A stretch of DNA of 64,000 nucleotides from an uncultured bacterium. Lineage in GTDB: Bacteria > Patescibacteriota > Kazan-3B-28. Position 1 is the stretch's first letter. Each line of letters starts with the position of its first letter. Position numbers and translations under genes: made by a program. Shown piece by piece: positions 1 through 9,961 of this stretch. The notes beneath the pieces were generated by a model, which saw only the letters and a program-made list of their open reading frames with translations, made no database searches and had not been told where the DNA came from. The stretch is taken from contig OY968788.1 in NCBI GenBank assembly GCA_963695435.1, positions 207,424-271,423 on the forward strand, given 5' to 3'.

Positions 1-1
1 G

Positions 2-187
2 CTTCTACTCCTGGGGTACGGTTTAATCATCAAACCGATGATGAGCAACTATCTTATTTCCACTTCGGGCAATCCGTTGTTTTCTGCCAGTTTCGTGGTG
101 TTTTTGGTTGGGCTACAGTTGGCGGTGGGGCTGGTGGTCGGAGGAGTGTCGAGCTATTGGGCAACCAAAAAACATCTGACGATATAG
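2..187 (+). CDS. ftsX: C-terminal fragment of FtsX-like permease (partial, window edge)
   Basis: Frame 2 reads ...FLVGLQLAVGLVVGGVSSYWATKKHLTI*, a hydrophobic C-terminus typical of FtsX; followed by M23 peptidase and S41 protease as in ftsEX-envC-ctpA clusters. Confidence 0.6.
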   Translation, partial: LLLLGYGLIIKPMMSNYLISTSGNPLFSASFVVFLVGLQLAVGLVVGGVSSYWATKKHLTI

Positions 188-230
188 ATGGACGATAGAC
201 TTATGGACTTATAGACAAATAGAGAAGGCT

Positions 231-307
231 GTCATCCTCGAGGTCGCCACGGCGACCGAAGGATCTAGAAGAATAATTCATAGATTCTTCGTTTCTCTCA
301 GAATGAC
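231..307. repeat. GTCAT...ATGAC-type palindromic (REP-like) element
   Basis: gtcatcctcgaggtcgccacggcgaccgaaggatct ... agattcttcgtttctctcagaatgac; related short units at 11721, 33235, 41353, 42635, 57957, 60421. Confidence 0.6.
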
Positions 308-322
308 AAATAAAGAAGGGTT

Positions 323-1486
323 ATGAAAATTGGGAAAATTACAAAATTAGTTTTGGCTTTCATTTTGGCGCTAAGCGTTGTATTGCCAGCTAGTGCTGAT
401 TTATTGAGTGATAAGACGCAAGAGTTAAGCAAACTGCGCGACCAAATTGCAGCACAGCAAAAACAACTGGATGGTGTACGCCAACGCAAGGCAACACTGC
501 AAAACCAGCTAGATATTTTGGATGGACAAATCAAGTTGAGCGAATTACAGCTTCAGGCATTGTCTGATCAAATTGATACGGTGAATCTGACTATGAGTCA
601 GACTAACGGCGAGTTGGTGTCGGCGGAGATTCAGATTTTTGAAAAGAAAAAGGTTTTACGGGAGGCAATCAAAGAAGCCTATATGAGAAGTCGTTCAGGA
701 CTTCTCGAAGTGTTGATTGGTTCATCAAACCTCTCGGATTTTATTAGTCAGATTGAATATATTAGTACGATTGAGGGGCGGATTACGGGGAGTATTAGTG
801 TATTACAGACTTTGAATGAGCAACTGAAGGGGAAAAAGCAGGAGTTGGAGGCGGCAGATAAACAATTGAAAGAATTGCAGTCGTCTAAACAATTGGAACA
901 AAACAGCATGGATGCACAGGCGAATGCGAAGGAAAATATTCTGCACGATACTAATCTGACTGAGGCGGAATATCAGAAGAAGATTGAAGCAGCAATCATC
1001 GAACAGCAACGGATGGAGAATGAAATTGCGCGCTTGGCTGCAAGCTCTCGGCGCGGAGTATTAAATGAGGGAAAGTATTCTCTATTGTGGCCAATTTCTT
1101 CTCATCTAATTACTGCGGGGTTCCAAGATGCTGATTATCTGAAGCGATTCAAAATTGCTCATAACGCAATTGATATTGGAACACCGCAAGGAACACCGAT
1201 AAAGGCGCCGGCGGATGCCTATGTTCTGAAAGTAAAGTTTGATGGCAGTACGGCGTATTCATATATAATGCTCGACCATGGTAATGGGATGGTGACTGTC
1301 TATGGTCATGTGAGCAGTGTGTCGGTATCCACGGGGCAGTTTGTGCCGGTGGGTACAGTGATCGGAACGACAGGGGGAACGCCGAGGTCAACGGGCTCGG
1401 GTTGGCTTACAACAGGGCCTCACTTACACTTTGAAGTTTGGCTCAATGGAGCGGCGAGAAACCCGCTAGCGTATTTAGGCGGGTAA
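323..1486 (+). CDS. Coiled-coil M23 peptidase (EnvC/CwlO-like murein hydrolase or activator)
   Basis: Signal peptide, long coiled coil, C-terminal HNAIDI...YGH...GPHLHFEV M23 motifs. Confidence 0.9.
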   Translation: MKIGKITKLVLAFILALSVVLPASADLLSDKTQELSKLRDQIAAQQKQLDGVRQRKATLQNQLDILDGQIKLSELQLQALSDQIDTVNLTMSQTNGELVSAEIQIFEKKKVLREAIKEAYMRSRSGLLEVLIGSSNLSDFISQIEYISTIEGRITGSISVLQTLNEQLKGKKQELEAADKQLKELQSSKQLEQNSMDAQANAKENILHDTNLTEAEYQKKIEAAIIEQQRMENEIARLAASSRRGVLNEGKYSLLWPISSHLITAGFQDADYLKRFKIAHNAIDIGTPQGTPIKAPADAYVLKVKFDGSTAYSYIMLDHGNGMVTVYGHVSSVSVSTGQFVPVGTVIGTTGGTPRSTGSGWLTTGPHLHFEVWLNGAARNPLAYLGG

Positions 1487-1531
1487 GACGGTAGGGCGTG
1501 GTAGAATGTTTGAGGGGTGTGAGTTTTTGTT

Positions 1532-2740
1532 ATGGATAAAAAAGAGAGGAAAGTGCGATACGCGTTGACTGCGGTTGCTGGCATAATTCTATTGCTGGTG
1601 GTTTATTTTGCAGGTGTCACGCAAGGATATTACGGGAAAATTACTGCTAATAACTTTGGAGCAGTTTTTAAGAACGAACTTCAGCACAAACAACTTGGCA
1701 AAACTGATTTTAGTTTATTCTGGGATGTGGCGGATGATTTGCGTAATAAATATTATGGCGACATCAACGCGCAGGATATGCTGTATGGCAGTATCAAGGG
1801 GCTGGTGGCGGCGATTGGCGATCCGTACACTATTTTTGCTGACCCTGCGGAAAACAGCCAATTTTTCGATAATTTAAACGGCAGCTATGAGGGGATCGGG
1901 GTAGAGCTGGATGTGGTGGACGGCGCGTTGGTGGTGCTGACGCCTCTGAAGGGCTCACCGGCCGAAGCGGCGGGATTGAAGACCTTGGACGAGATCACGG
2001 CAGTGAACGGCAAGTCTGTGGCTGGGATGTCTTTTGCCGAGGTTTTAAGTGCGATAAAAGGACCAGCGGGGACTCAAGTAACTTTGACGGTTAATAGGGC
2101 GGGGGTGAATGACCCGTTAGTTTTGAAAGTTACTCGTCAAACAATTAAGCGCGACAGTGTGTCGGTAGAAATTGGCAAAGATAAAATTGCGGTAATAAAA
2201 ATTACGCGGTTTGCCACCGATACTGATGCGGGGTTCAAGACAGCAGTAAATAAAGTAATTGCGGAAGGGGCAAAAGGCGTAGTTTTGGATTTGCGGAATA
2301 ATCCGGGCGGATTTTTGGACTCGGGCGTAAAAGTTGCTAATGAATTTTTGAAGAGCGGTTTGATTGTGGAAGAGCGAACGAAGAACGGAGAAAAGACTTC
2401 GTATTCAGCGGATGGGAGCGGAGTACTGGCGGACATTCTGGTTGTGGTATTGGTAAATGGCGGAAGTGCCAGCGCGGCGGAAATTGTTGCGGGTGCATTG
2501 CAAGATAACGGCAGAGCGAAGATTGTTGGTGAACAAACTTATGGCAAAGGAAGCGTGCAAGAAGTGGAGGAGTTTCCGGATGGTTCAGCGCTTCGAGTGA
2601 CGGTCGGCAAATGGTACACGCCGAAAGGCACTTCCATCAGTGATTCCGGCATTACGCCTGATAAGAAGGTTGCGCTTACTGGCAAAGAAACTACTGATGT
2701 ACAGCTGACGGCGGCTAAAAATCTTTTGGCGGGCAAGTAA
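1532..2740 (+). CDS. ctpA: S41 carboxyl-terminal processing protease with PDZ domain
   Basis: [35 protein letters not shown] motifs. Confidence 0.92.
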   Translation: MDKKERKVRYALTAVAGIILLLVVYFAGVTQGYYGKITANNFGAVFKNELQHKQLGKTDFSLFWDVADDLRNKYYGDINAQDMLYGSIKGLVAAIGDPYTIFADPAENSQFFDNLNGSYEGIGVELDVVDGALVVLTPLKGSPAEAAGLKTLDEITAVNGKSVAGMSFAEVLSAIKGPAGTQVTLTVNRAGVNDPLVLKVTRQTIKRDSVSVEIGKDKIAVIKITRFATDTDAGFKTAVNKVIAEGAKGVVLDLRNNPGGFLDSGVKVANEFLKSGLIVEERTKNGEKTSYSADGSGVLADILVVVLVNGGSASAAEIVAGALQDNGRAKIVGEQTYGKGSVQEVEEFPDGSALRVTVGKWYTPKGTSISDSGITPDKKVALTGKETTDVQLTAAKNLLAGK

Positions 2741-2763
2741 TTTCCAGATATAGTAGATGTGAG

Positions 2764-3213
2764 ATGGAAATATTACTGCTAAAAGATGTGCGCGGGGTAG
2801 GGCGCAAGGGTGAGGTCAAAAGAGTGGCGGACGGATATGCCAGGAACTTCTTGTTGGCTTTGGGTTTGGCGAAAGCCGCTACGGGTGGGGTAAAGACTTC
2901 GTGGGAGCAGGAGCAAGCCCAGAAGGCGCAGAAAGTCGAAAGTCAGGCGGAGGTGCTGGATGCACAAGTTAGCGCATTAGCGGGTCAGCAGGTGAGGATC
3001 GGAGCGAAAGCGAATCCTGCTGGAGGATTGTTCGCTTCTATTAATGAGGAACAAATCGTGCGGGCGGTCAAAGACCAGCTGGGAATTAGTTTGAGTGAAG
3101 ATTTGTTGGTGATAATGGAACCAATCAAACATATTGGTGGGCATATTGTGAAATATCAAGTGTCACCGGAAAAAGCGGCAGAGTTTAATGTGATAGTTGA
3201 TGGACAAGAATAA
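2764..3213 (+). CDS. rplI: 50S ribosomal protein L9
   Basis: [31 protein letters not shown]. Confidence 0.95.
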   Translation: MEILLLKDVRGVGRKGEVKRVADGYARNFLLALGLAKAATGGVKTSWEQEQAQKAQKVESQAEVLDAQVSALAGQQVRIGAKANPAGGLFASINEEQIVRAVKDQLGISLSEDLLVIMEPIKHIGGHIVKYQVSPEKAAEFNVIVDGQE

Positions 3214-4510
3214 AGTATCGATGGATGAAATTGTAAATGTTGCCAAACGGCGCGGATTTATTTATCCGAGTTCTGAAATCTATGGTGGGTTTGCAAATGC
3301 GTGGGATTACGGTCCATACGGAGTACTACTCAAAAATAATGTCAAACAAGCGTGGTGGCAGGATGTTGTAATGAAGCGGTCGGATATTGTCGGCTTGGAT
3401 AGTTCAATTTTGATGAACCCCAAGGTCTGGGAGGCAAGCGGACATTTGGAGAATTTTACCGATCCGTTGGTCGAGTGTAAGAAGTGTCATCAACGGTTCA
3501 AGGCGGACGACATCAAGGGCAAAGAGTGCCCGGTCTGTAAAGGGGAGCTGACGGAAGCTCAACAGTTCAATATGATGTTCAAGACTCACGCGGGACCGAT
3601 GGAGGAGTCAGCGAGCGAGGTTTATCTGCGTCCCGAAACAGCGCAGGGGATATTTGTAGATTTCAAAACGATTCTTGATACTACTCGGAACAAGTTGCCG
3701 TTTGGGGTGGCGCAGATTGGGAAATCTTTCCGCAATGAAATTACTCCAGGGAATTTTACTTTTAGAACGAGAGAGTTTGAACAATTTGAAATTGAATATT
3801 TTGTGAAGAGTGCGCTGGAAGCGAAGAAAGCTTTTGATGAATGGGTGAAGGTGAGATTTGAATGGTACAAGAGTTTGGGAATAAACGGGGATAATTTGCG
3901 TTTGCGTGAACATGATAAAAAAGATTTGGCGCATTACGCGGTGGAAGTGACGGATATTGAATACAATTTTCCGTTTGGATTTAGTGAACTTGAAGGAATT
4001 GCCAATAGGGGGAATTATGATTTGACCCAACACGAAAAGTTTTCGGGTGTCGATTTGAAATATTTTGAAGAAGAAACCAAACAGAAGATTTTGCCGTTTG
4101 TAGTGGAGCCGTCAGGCGGTGTCGATAGGGCGGTGTTGGCATTTCTTCTTGATGCATACGATAGCGAAAAAGTGGAGGGAGAAGAGAGAATTGTTCTTAG
4201 GTTTAGTCCGCGGTTGGCGCCTATTAAAGCGGCGATTTTCCCATTGATAAAGAAAGAGCCGTTGATATTGAAGGCGAAGGAGATTTATCACCAGCTCAAA
4301 GAAAAACATTTCGTTGAATATGATGAGAGCGGAACGATTGGGCGCAGATATCGTCGGCAAGATGAAATTGGGACGCCGATTTGTATTACGGTAGATTTCG
4401 ATTCTTTAGAGGATAACGCTGTTACGGTGCGCGATCGCGATACTATGAAACAGGAACGGGTACCGATCAATGATGTTGAAGAGTTCTTGGCAAAGAAGAT
4501 TGGGGTATAA
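3200..4510 (+). CDS. glyQS: Glycine--tRNA ligase (homodimeric type)
   Basis: [46 protein letters not shown]; ATG at 3200. Confidence 0.95.
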   Translation: MDKNKVSMDEIVNVAKRRGFIYPSSEIYGGFANAWDYGPYGVLLKNNVKQAWWQDVVMKRSDIVGLDSSILMNPKVWEASGHLENFTDPLVECKKCHQRFKADDIKGKECPVCKGELTEAQQFNMMFKTHAGPMEESASEVYLRPETAQGIFVDFKTILDTTRNKLPFGVAQIGKSFRNEITPGNFTFRTREFEQFEIEYFVKSALEAKKAFDEWVKVRFEWYKSLGINGDNLRLREHDKKDLAHYAVEVTDIEYNFPFGFSELEGIANRGNYDLTQHEKFSGVDLKYFEEETKQKILPFVVEPSGGVDRAVLAFLLDAYDSEKVEGEERIVLRFSPRLAPIKAAIFPLIKKEPLILKAKEIYHQLKEKHFVEYDESGTIGRRYRRQDEIGTPICITVDFDSLEDNAVTVRDRDTMKQERVPINDVEEFLAKKIGV

Positions 4511-4517
4511 TCGGGGT

Positions 4518-4964
4518 ATGGGAGAGGATAAGCCGAAAATTGGAGTTGGATTTGGGGTGATGATGTTGAGAAACGGGCAAGTTTTGTTGGGCAGAAGACA
4601 TGATGATCCCGAAAAGGCGGATAGTTTGTTGAACGGGGCGGGGAAGTGGACAATGCCCGGAGGCAAGCTTCATTTTGGCGAAAGTTTTGAAGAAGGCGCA
4701 AAAAGGGAAGTGTTGGAAGAAACAGGTATCACCCTAAACAGCGCGGAAGTTTTGTGTGTGAATAATGATATTGTCGAGACTGCTCATTTTGTGACGATTG
4801 GTCTTTTGTCTGAAGATTTTGTGGGCGAAGCGCAAGTAATGGAGCCCGATGAAATTACAGAATGGAAATGGCTTGATTTCGATAATTTGCCGTCGCCAAT
4901 GTATTTTCCGAGCGAAAAAGTGCTCAATAACTACAAGCAAAAATTGTTTTATATAGAAAAGTAG
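4518..4964 (+). CDS. Nudix hydrolase
   Basis: Nudix box GGKLHFGESFEEGAKREVLEETG; ATG 4518 lies 6 nt after TATAAT. Confidence 0.9.
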   Translation: MGEDKPKIGVGFGVMMLRNGQVLLGRRHDDPEKADSLLNGAGKWTMPGGKLHFGESFEEGAKREVLEETGITLNSAEVLCVNNDIVETAHFVTIGLLSEDFVGEAQVMEPDEITEWKWLDFDNLPSPMYFPSEKVLNNYKQKLFYIEK

Positions 4965-5117
4965 CTTCACACTCTAGATAGTTTTTTCTTGACCTAGAGC
5001 GAGTTTTGGGTTGCTTTTTTCTCTGTTTTGCTGTAATTTGCTCTGGAAGAGAGTCAAGCTGTGCTTGGCTTGGTTTCTACCTTGAGAACTAAATTCAATA
5101 CTGTAAGGGGGTGAATT

Positions 5118-5720
5118 ATGCACCAACAGGCTGCTAATTACATTCTTCGTGAAGAAGTCGGTGCGATCGCCACTGAAGGGCACTTCGTTTATCCTAATGG
5201 GCAGCACGGCAGGCTTTGTAAAGTCGACATAAGTCGGCTGTATCCGCACACCGAGAAAACATCCAGGCTGTGCCTGGCAATTGCCCAGGACTTTCTGAAC
5301 GATGATGTTGGGGTGGTCGTTGCTCCGGCAACTGGCGGGATTGTCCTATCGCAGTGGGTGGGCTACCACCTCTCGATGATTCTCCGGCGAGAGGTACCTA
5401 GCGTCTACGCCGAGAAAGAGGGAAATGTTTTCCTCATCAAGCACGATTACGACAAGATCGTGGCGGGGAAGAGGGTCTTGGTGCTGGACGAGGTCCTCAA
5501 TGTCGAGGGTCCGGCGAAGAAACTCGTCGAAGCCGTTCGTAATCTCGGTGGCAATGTCGTCGGTGTCGGCGCTCTCTGCAATCGCGGAGGGATCACGCCA
5601 AGAGATTCGGCGGTTCCAAAGGTCTTTGCCCTTGTCGACCTCAAGTTCGAGGCGTGGGGCAAGGGAGAGTGTCCGATGTGTGCCGAAGGCATACCCATCG
5701 AGAAGGGTAGCGGCTACTAG
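5118..5720 (+). CDS. Orotate phosphoribosyltransferase-like (PRT family) protein, divergent
   Basis: GHF..PNG.H, PATGGI, YAEK, GKRVLVLDEVL, CPMC tail resemble PyrE-type PRTases. Confidence 0.7.
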   Translation: MHQQAANYILREEVGAIATEGHFVYPNGQHGRLCKVDISRLYPHTEKTSRLCLAIAQDFLNDDVGVVVAPATGGIVLSQWVGYHLSMILRREVPSVYAEKEGNVFLIKHDYDKIVAGKRVLVLDEVLNVEGPAKKLVEAVRNLGGNVVGVGALCNRGGITPRDSAVPKVFALVDLKFEAWGKGECPMCAEGIPIEKGSGY

Positions 5721-5762
5721 TAGCAGGCATGGACACTTCCGGGGATGCAACTTGATTGGACG

Positions 5763-5793
5763 AAGGCGGTTCCTCCGTGGAGCCGCCTTTTTT
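5763..5793 (+). terminator. Intrinsic terminator
   Basis: aaggcggttcc-tccgt-ggagccgcctt followed by T-run. Confidence 0.7.
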
Positions 5794-5794
5794 A

Positions 5795-5823
5795 TTGACC
5801 CAGAGCGGATTTTGGCGTATAGT
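5795..5823 (+). promoter_or_regulatory. Sigma70-type promoter
   Basis: TTGACC-17 nt-TATAGT upstream of the 5876 ORF. Confidence 0.6.
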
Positions 5824-5875
5824 ACCAGTATCTCGGAAATGTATTGTGTACCTTGACCTTGAGGGAGGTGAAGAG

Positions 5876-6187
5876 GTGTTAAGACTCGGAATGCTATTCT
5901 CGAGGGCTTTTAGACCAATATCGCCCAGCCCGGCATTGTTAAGTCGGGCGCAGAGTGTGTTTCTAGAATACGGGCAATACTTTGCCAGCTTTGTTCTCTT
6001 ACTCATTCTCGATGCGATAAATGTCGGGAAGCTGGGAGCGGTTCTAGGTGTCCTTGAAGAGCATCTAGATACTTTGGCGCATCTGGATGTGAACATCAGA
6101 GGGCGCGAGCAAGAGGACATGGACAGAACTCTTCTGGTGTTTGAGCGGATTAACAAAGAAATTCTCAACAGGGAGGTGAAGCAATGA
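5876..6187 (+). CDS. Hypothetical protein, paralog of the next ORF
   Basis: GTG 5876 after GGAGGTG SD; C-terminal half aligns with ORF 6184-6483. Confidence 0.55.
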   Translation: MLRLGMLFSRAFRPISPSPALLSRAQSVFLEYGQYFASFVLLLILDAINVGKLGAVLGVLEEHLDTLAHLDVNIRGREQEDMDRTLLVFERINKEILNREVKQ

Positions 6188-6483
6188 GAATCCCCAAAGA
6201 GTTGATCAAGAAGGTTCTCGATCCAAAGCTGAACAAGAAGCAGCTGAAACGGGTTCTGGCCGTGATTGACAATTATGGGGAACATTTAGAAGTCGGAGTT
6301 CTAAATGTTGTTCATTTTGGAATCGCGCTCGGGAAGGTGGAGAAGGTTCTCGTGATCCTCGAGAAGTACTTCAAGACCAACCTCGAGAAGATAGACCTGA
6401 ATAGGCGGGGGCGAACTGTCGATTTCGATGGTCTCGAAACCGACAAGGTGTTCGCCCAGATCTACAAAGAACTCCTTGGTTGA
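6184..6483 (+). CDS. Hypothetical protein
   Basis: GGAGGTG SD, ATGA overlap with upstream ORF. Confidence 0.7.
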   Translation: MRIPKELIKKVLDPKLNKKQLKRVLAVIDNYGEHLEVGVLNVVHFGIALGKVEKVLVILEKYFKTNLEKIDLNRRGRTVDFDGLETDKVFAQIYKELLG

Positions 6484-6629
6484 TAACCCGACCCGAAGTT
6501 CTATACTGACAAGGTTCGCACAGTTACCCTTGTCAGATTCTCCCCAAAACTGTGCTTTTTTTATTTGATTAGACAAACTTAAGAGCCCCGCGTGAAGCGA
6601 GGCTCTTGTTTGGGTTCAAATGAAGGTGC

Positions 6630-7613
6630 TTAGGCGACTTTCAGGAGGCGAGGGAAGAGGCGCATGTAGGCCAAGTTTCCGCGCTTGGTCTCAATAGCCT
6701 CTCTGGCCTCTTCTCTTCTCGCTTTCGATAGGTGCGGGTAGTCTTTTTCTTGCCCGTATCTCCGAGCGGAAATGAAGCGGTCGTCGTGGTATGCGCAGAA
6801 GTTGCACGTCATATCGATATTCTCGGGTCTTATTCCGATGAGCAGCAGCAGATGGAAAAGTAATTTCCCAAAAGCGATGTAGACTTTGCTGCTGTCGGGA
6901 TGCGGTTCCCACAGAGTATCTACTGGGAGACTCGGGTGTCTGTCTGTGGCCAGCGAAAACAGTCGGTCGAAGCCTCTTCTGCCAAACTCGTAGCAGAAAT
7001 CAAAGCTTCCATCCTTCTTGATCCCACTGATAGAAGGGCCGATTGCAATGTGGATGTCCTTTGCCTCTCCACAGTATTGGAGAAGGACTTTTTCCATAAT
7101 CCCACCGTCGCATTTGCTTTTCTCGGTCTCTTCGTCTTTGTGATACCCAAAGAGGGTATCAATGGAGAAGTGGACTGCGCCACCTTTTCCATCTTTGAGA
7201 TTTCGGATAAGCCCGATACCACAGTCGCGGACGCGGCTAACGACGACAAGCTGACTCAAGACGCCGTCTGATAGCTCTCCGTAAGAGACAACGATTGCGT
7301 CTCCTTGAGTGACTATGACTTGGCTGCCTTTGGTAACTGCGGGGTGCCAAGGCACGATTACTGGGTCGTAGTGTGCGTTTATCCCGATGTGGTTGATGGG
7401 GACGGATTTGAAGTGATTGTTCTTGGAGTAGTAGATCGTCAGATCGGGCTCTTTGAACATTCCCAACAAGATGCCGTCGTAGTTGGGGTCAGCGCCAGGT
7501 TCTCCGGGGTTCTTTAGCCCGACTGTAGACTTGCCGATAAACCCCGCCTCCATTCCTTTTTGTGTGAATACAGAATCACGGGGGTAGAACGTCTGGTATC
7601 CCGGAATGCTCAT
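6630..7613 (-). CDS. Divergent YfiH/PgeF (laccase-domain) family protein
   Basis: GDAIV, RDC, AVH, IAIGPSI, CYEFG, FISARR motifs follow the YfiH order; SD aaggag upstream. Confidence 0.65.
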   Translation of the reverse strand: MSIPGYQTFYPRDSVFTQKGMEAGFIGKSTVGLKNPGEPGADPNYDGILLGMFKEPDLTIYYSKNNHFKSVPINHIGINAHYDPVIVPWHPAVTKGSQVIVTQGDAIVVSYGELSDGVLSQLVVVSRVRDCGIGLIRNLKDGKGGAVHFSIDTLFGYHKDEETEKSKCDGGIMEKVLLQYCGEAKDIHIAIGPSISGIKKDGSFDFCYEFGRRGFDRLFSLATDRHPSLPVDTLWEPHPDSSKVYIAFGKLLFHLLLLIGIRPENIDMTCNFCAYHDDRFISARRYGQEKDYPHLSKARREEAREAIETKRGNLAYMRLFPRLLKVA

Positions 7614-7818
7614 GACAGGATCTCCTTTTCAAGATTACAGTACGAATGCGGAATACCTGCTATGGTAGCGGATTTTTTGTGATTGGTCAATTTATTCGAA
7701 AATCACATCGAGCCGGTGTGGATAAACCAGGTATTGGATAGGGGAGCGGCAAAAAAAGTTAGCCTTGGGAGCGAATAACAAATCTTTTATGTCGAAAGTG
7801 TTGTTGGATAAAATATAA

Positions 7819-7877
7819 GTGGTGTACAATAAAACCATTGTGGATGTAAGTGGGGATAAGTGGAGGGGAAAGTGGAT
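7819..7877 (+). promoter_or_regulatory. MraZ-binding direct repeats / dcw promoter
   Basis: GTGG at 7840, 7850, 7860 (10-bp period) plus 7819 and 7872 directly upstream of mraZ; TACAAT at 7825. Confidence 0.65.
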
Positions 7878-8303
7878 AACTTATTTATTGGTGAGTATAA
7901 GCATCAGTTAGACGACAAAGGGAGACTTGCCATTCCTTCCAAGTTTCGCAGTCATTTGAAAAAAGGTGCAGTTGTAACGAAAGGACTCGACGGATGTTTG
8001 TTTCTTTACACGCCGGACGAGTGGAGCAAAGTGGCAGCGAAACTAACGCAAATGCCATTTTCTCAAGGTAATGCGCGCGCATTTGCACGATTGATGTTGG
8101 CGGGCGCGATGGCGGTTGATCTTGATTCGCAAGGCCGCATCAATTTACCAAAATATTTAATGCAATATGCAGGGTTGAAAGGTATTTCGATAATTGCAGG
8201 GCTTATGAACCGACTGGAATTCTGGAACGAAAAGAAATGGGAAGACTACAAGAAAAAAACTGAAAAAGAATCAGAAAAAATGGCAGAAGAACTCTTTGTC
8301 TAG
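7860..8303 (+). CDS. mraZ: Transcriptional regulator MraZ (alternative GTG start at 7872)
   Basis: FIGEYKHQLDDKGRLAIPSKFR, DSQGRINLP. Confidence 0.95.
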   Translation: MEGKVDNLFIGEYKHQLDDKGRLAIPSKFRSHLKKGAVVTKGLDGCLFLYTPDEWSKVAAKLTQMPFSQGNARAFARLMLAGAMAVDLDSQGRINLPKYLMQYAGLKGISIIAGLMNRLEFWNEKKWEDYKKKTEKESEKMAEELFV

Positions 8304-8361
8304 AGAATAGAGATTAGGGAGTAGAGAGTAGAGACGAGAGAATAAATTTGAGAGTAATCCA

Positions 8362-8500
8362 TCGCCGGCAACTTGACACAATTAGTTATCTAGTCATTAT
8401 CCGCAAACTTTTCACCTCCTAAAAAAGTTAGCGTCCAATTTTTTACCCAACCCCCTTGGGTTCACAATTCGACAAACCTCCCATACCAAGTTGCCGGCGA
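8362..8500 (+). ncRNA. Candidate structured cis-element between mraZ and rsmH
   Basis: Perfect 14-bp inverted repeat 8362-8375/8487-8500 enclosing two hairpins with C-rich loops. Confidence 0.4.
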
Positions 8501-8525
8501 AATTGAAAACTAATTAATAAATAGT

Positions 8526-9410
8526 ATGTCCAGATTCCAACATACTCCGGTGTTGCTCGAGGAAGTTATAAAATTCCTTGATCCGCAGCCGGGGGAAATC
8601 TTTGTAGATGCAACCGTTGGACTGGGGGGCCACGCGCAGGCGCTAATTGAACGCCTAGGCCCAGATGGAAAATTGATTGCAATTGATCAAGATGAACAGG
8701 CCTTACGCATCACGCACGAAAACCTTAGCCGTTTCGAAAAACGAATTATTCTGGTCCGCGGTAATTTCCGTGATCTTATTCAATTGGTTCAAGCAGACAA
8801 TGGACCCAGAAGTGTTGATGGATTACTTTTCGACCTCGGTGTCTCATCTCTTCAACTAGAGAATGGACAGCGGGGCTTTTCGTTTTTACACAATGCCCCT
8901 TTAGATATGAGAATGGACACGACCGACGGCGGGAAAACTGCAGCCGATATCGTGAATCATGCCAACTTCAATGAATTGGTGAAGATTCTGAAAGAATACG
9001 GCGAAGAGCCGAAAGCAGAAATAATTGCCAAAAGAATCATTGAAGCTCGCCGCAGAGAGCCGATTACCACAACGGGACAACTGGTAGAAATAATCGGCGG
9101 ATATTTAGGCGGAAGGATTCATCCTGCGACACGAGTGTTTCAAGCTCTGCGAATTGCTGCCAACGAAGAATTGCAAAGTTTGCAGGAAGCTTTGCCTCAA
9201 GCGGTTGAACTGCTGGCGCCGGGCGGAAGATTGGCGATTATCTCATTTCATTCATTAGAAGATAGAATCGTTAAAAACTTCTTAAAACTTCAGACCACTG
9301 GGGGGAGAATCAAGCTCCTCTCCAAGAAGGCCATCGCGCCTTCTTGGCCGGAGCGAAAACGCAACCCACGTGCTCGTAGTGCGAAACTGCGGGTCGCAAT
9401 GAAGATTTAG
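8526..9410 (+). CDS. rsmH: 16S rRNA m4C1402 methyltransferase
   Basis: HTPVLLEE, DATVGLGGHA, DLGVSSLQL, PLDMRMD, HPATRVFQALRI, SFHSLEDRIVK. Confidence 0.97.
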   Translation: MSRFQHTPVLLEEVIKFLDPQPGEIFVDATVGLGGHAQALIERLGPDGKLIAIDQDEQALRITHENLSRFEKRIILVRGNFRDLIQLVQADNGPRSVDGLLFDLGVSSLQLENGQRGFSFLHNAPLDMRMDTTDGGKTAADIVNHANFNELVKILKEYGEEPKAEIIAKRIIEARRREPITTTGQLVEIIGGYLGGRIHPATRVFQALRIAANEELQSLQEALPQAVELLAPGGRLAIISFHSLEDRIVKNFLKLQTTGGRIKLLSKKAIAPSWPERKRNPRARSAKLRVAMKI

Positions 9411-9412
9411 AA

Positions 9413-9841
9413 ATGAAAAAAAGATTCAGCTACAAATTGCCCCAAATCAATTTAGTCCGTCGGTTCAATTTGCAACCGAAGTCGGCTACTTATTTGATGA
9501 TTGGGTTATTCTTTCTGATAGGCGGCATTTATTTTGTGGTTGTGAATGTGGTATCTAATAAAGGAACTGAATTGCGTCTGCTGGAAGTTTCTAATAAAGA
9601 TATGGAAGCGGAAAACCAGCGTTTGGAAGTGGAAGCGGCGCGATTGAAATCTTTGCAGGTGATTGATGAGGGAGCGAGTGGGAAGGTAGAAGTAGGAGAT
9701 CCCGATAAGACTACGACCAGCCCCACTACCAATACTGTTACCGAGGGGAATACTCAAAAGCTAATTGTGGTAGTGCCTAAACTTGTGCCATCGCAGCATT
9801 ATACCTATCTTCCCAGCTATAGCGCGCTCGCCCAACGCTAA
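9413..9841 (+). CDS. FtsL-like membrane protein
   Basis: Single TM followed by short coiled coil, positioned between rsmH and ftsI. Confidence 0.6.
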   Translation: MKKRFSYKLPQINLVRRFNLQPKSATYLMIGLFFLIGGIYFVVVNVVSNKGTELRLLEVSNKDMEAENQRLEVEAARLKSLQVIDEGASGKVEVGDPDKTTTSPTTNTVTEGNTQKLIVVVPKLVPSQHYTYLPSYSALAQR

Positions 9842-9961
9842 ACAGACTTCAGTCGATAGACTTATAGACGAATAGACAATAGAGGAATAGCCCTCTTTTT
9901 TTATTTCTCATCAGTCCATTAGTCCATGTGTCTATTGGTCAATCGTCTATAATGGGGAGGT

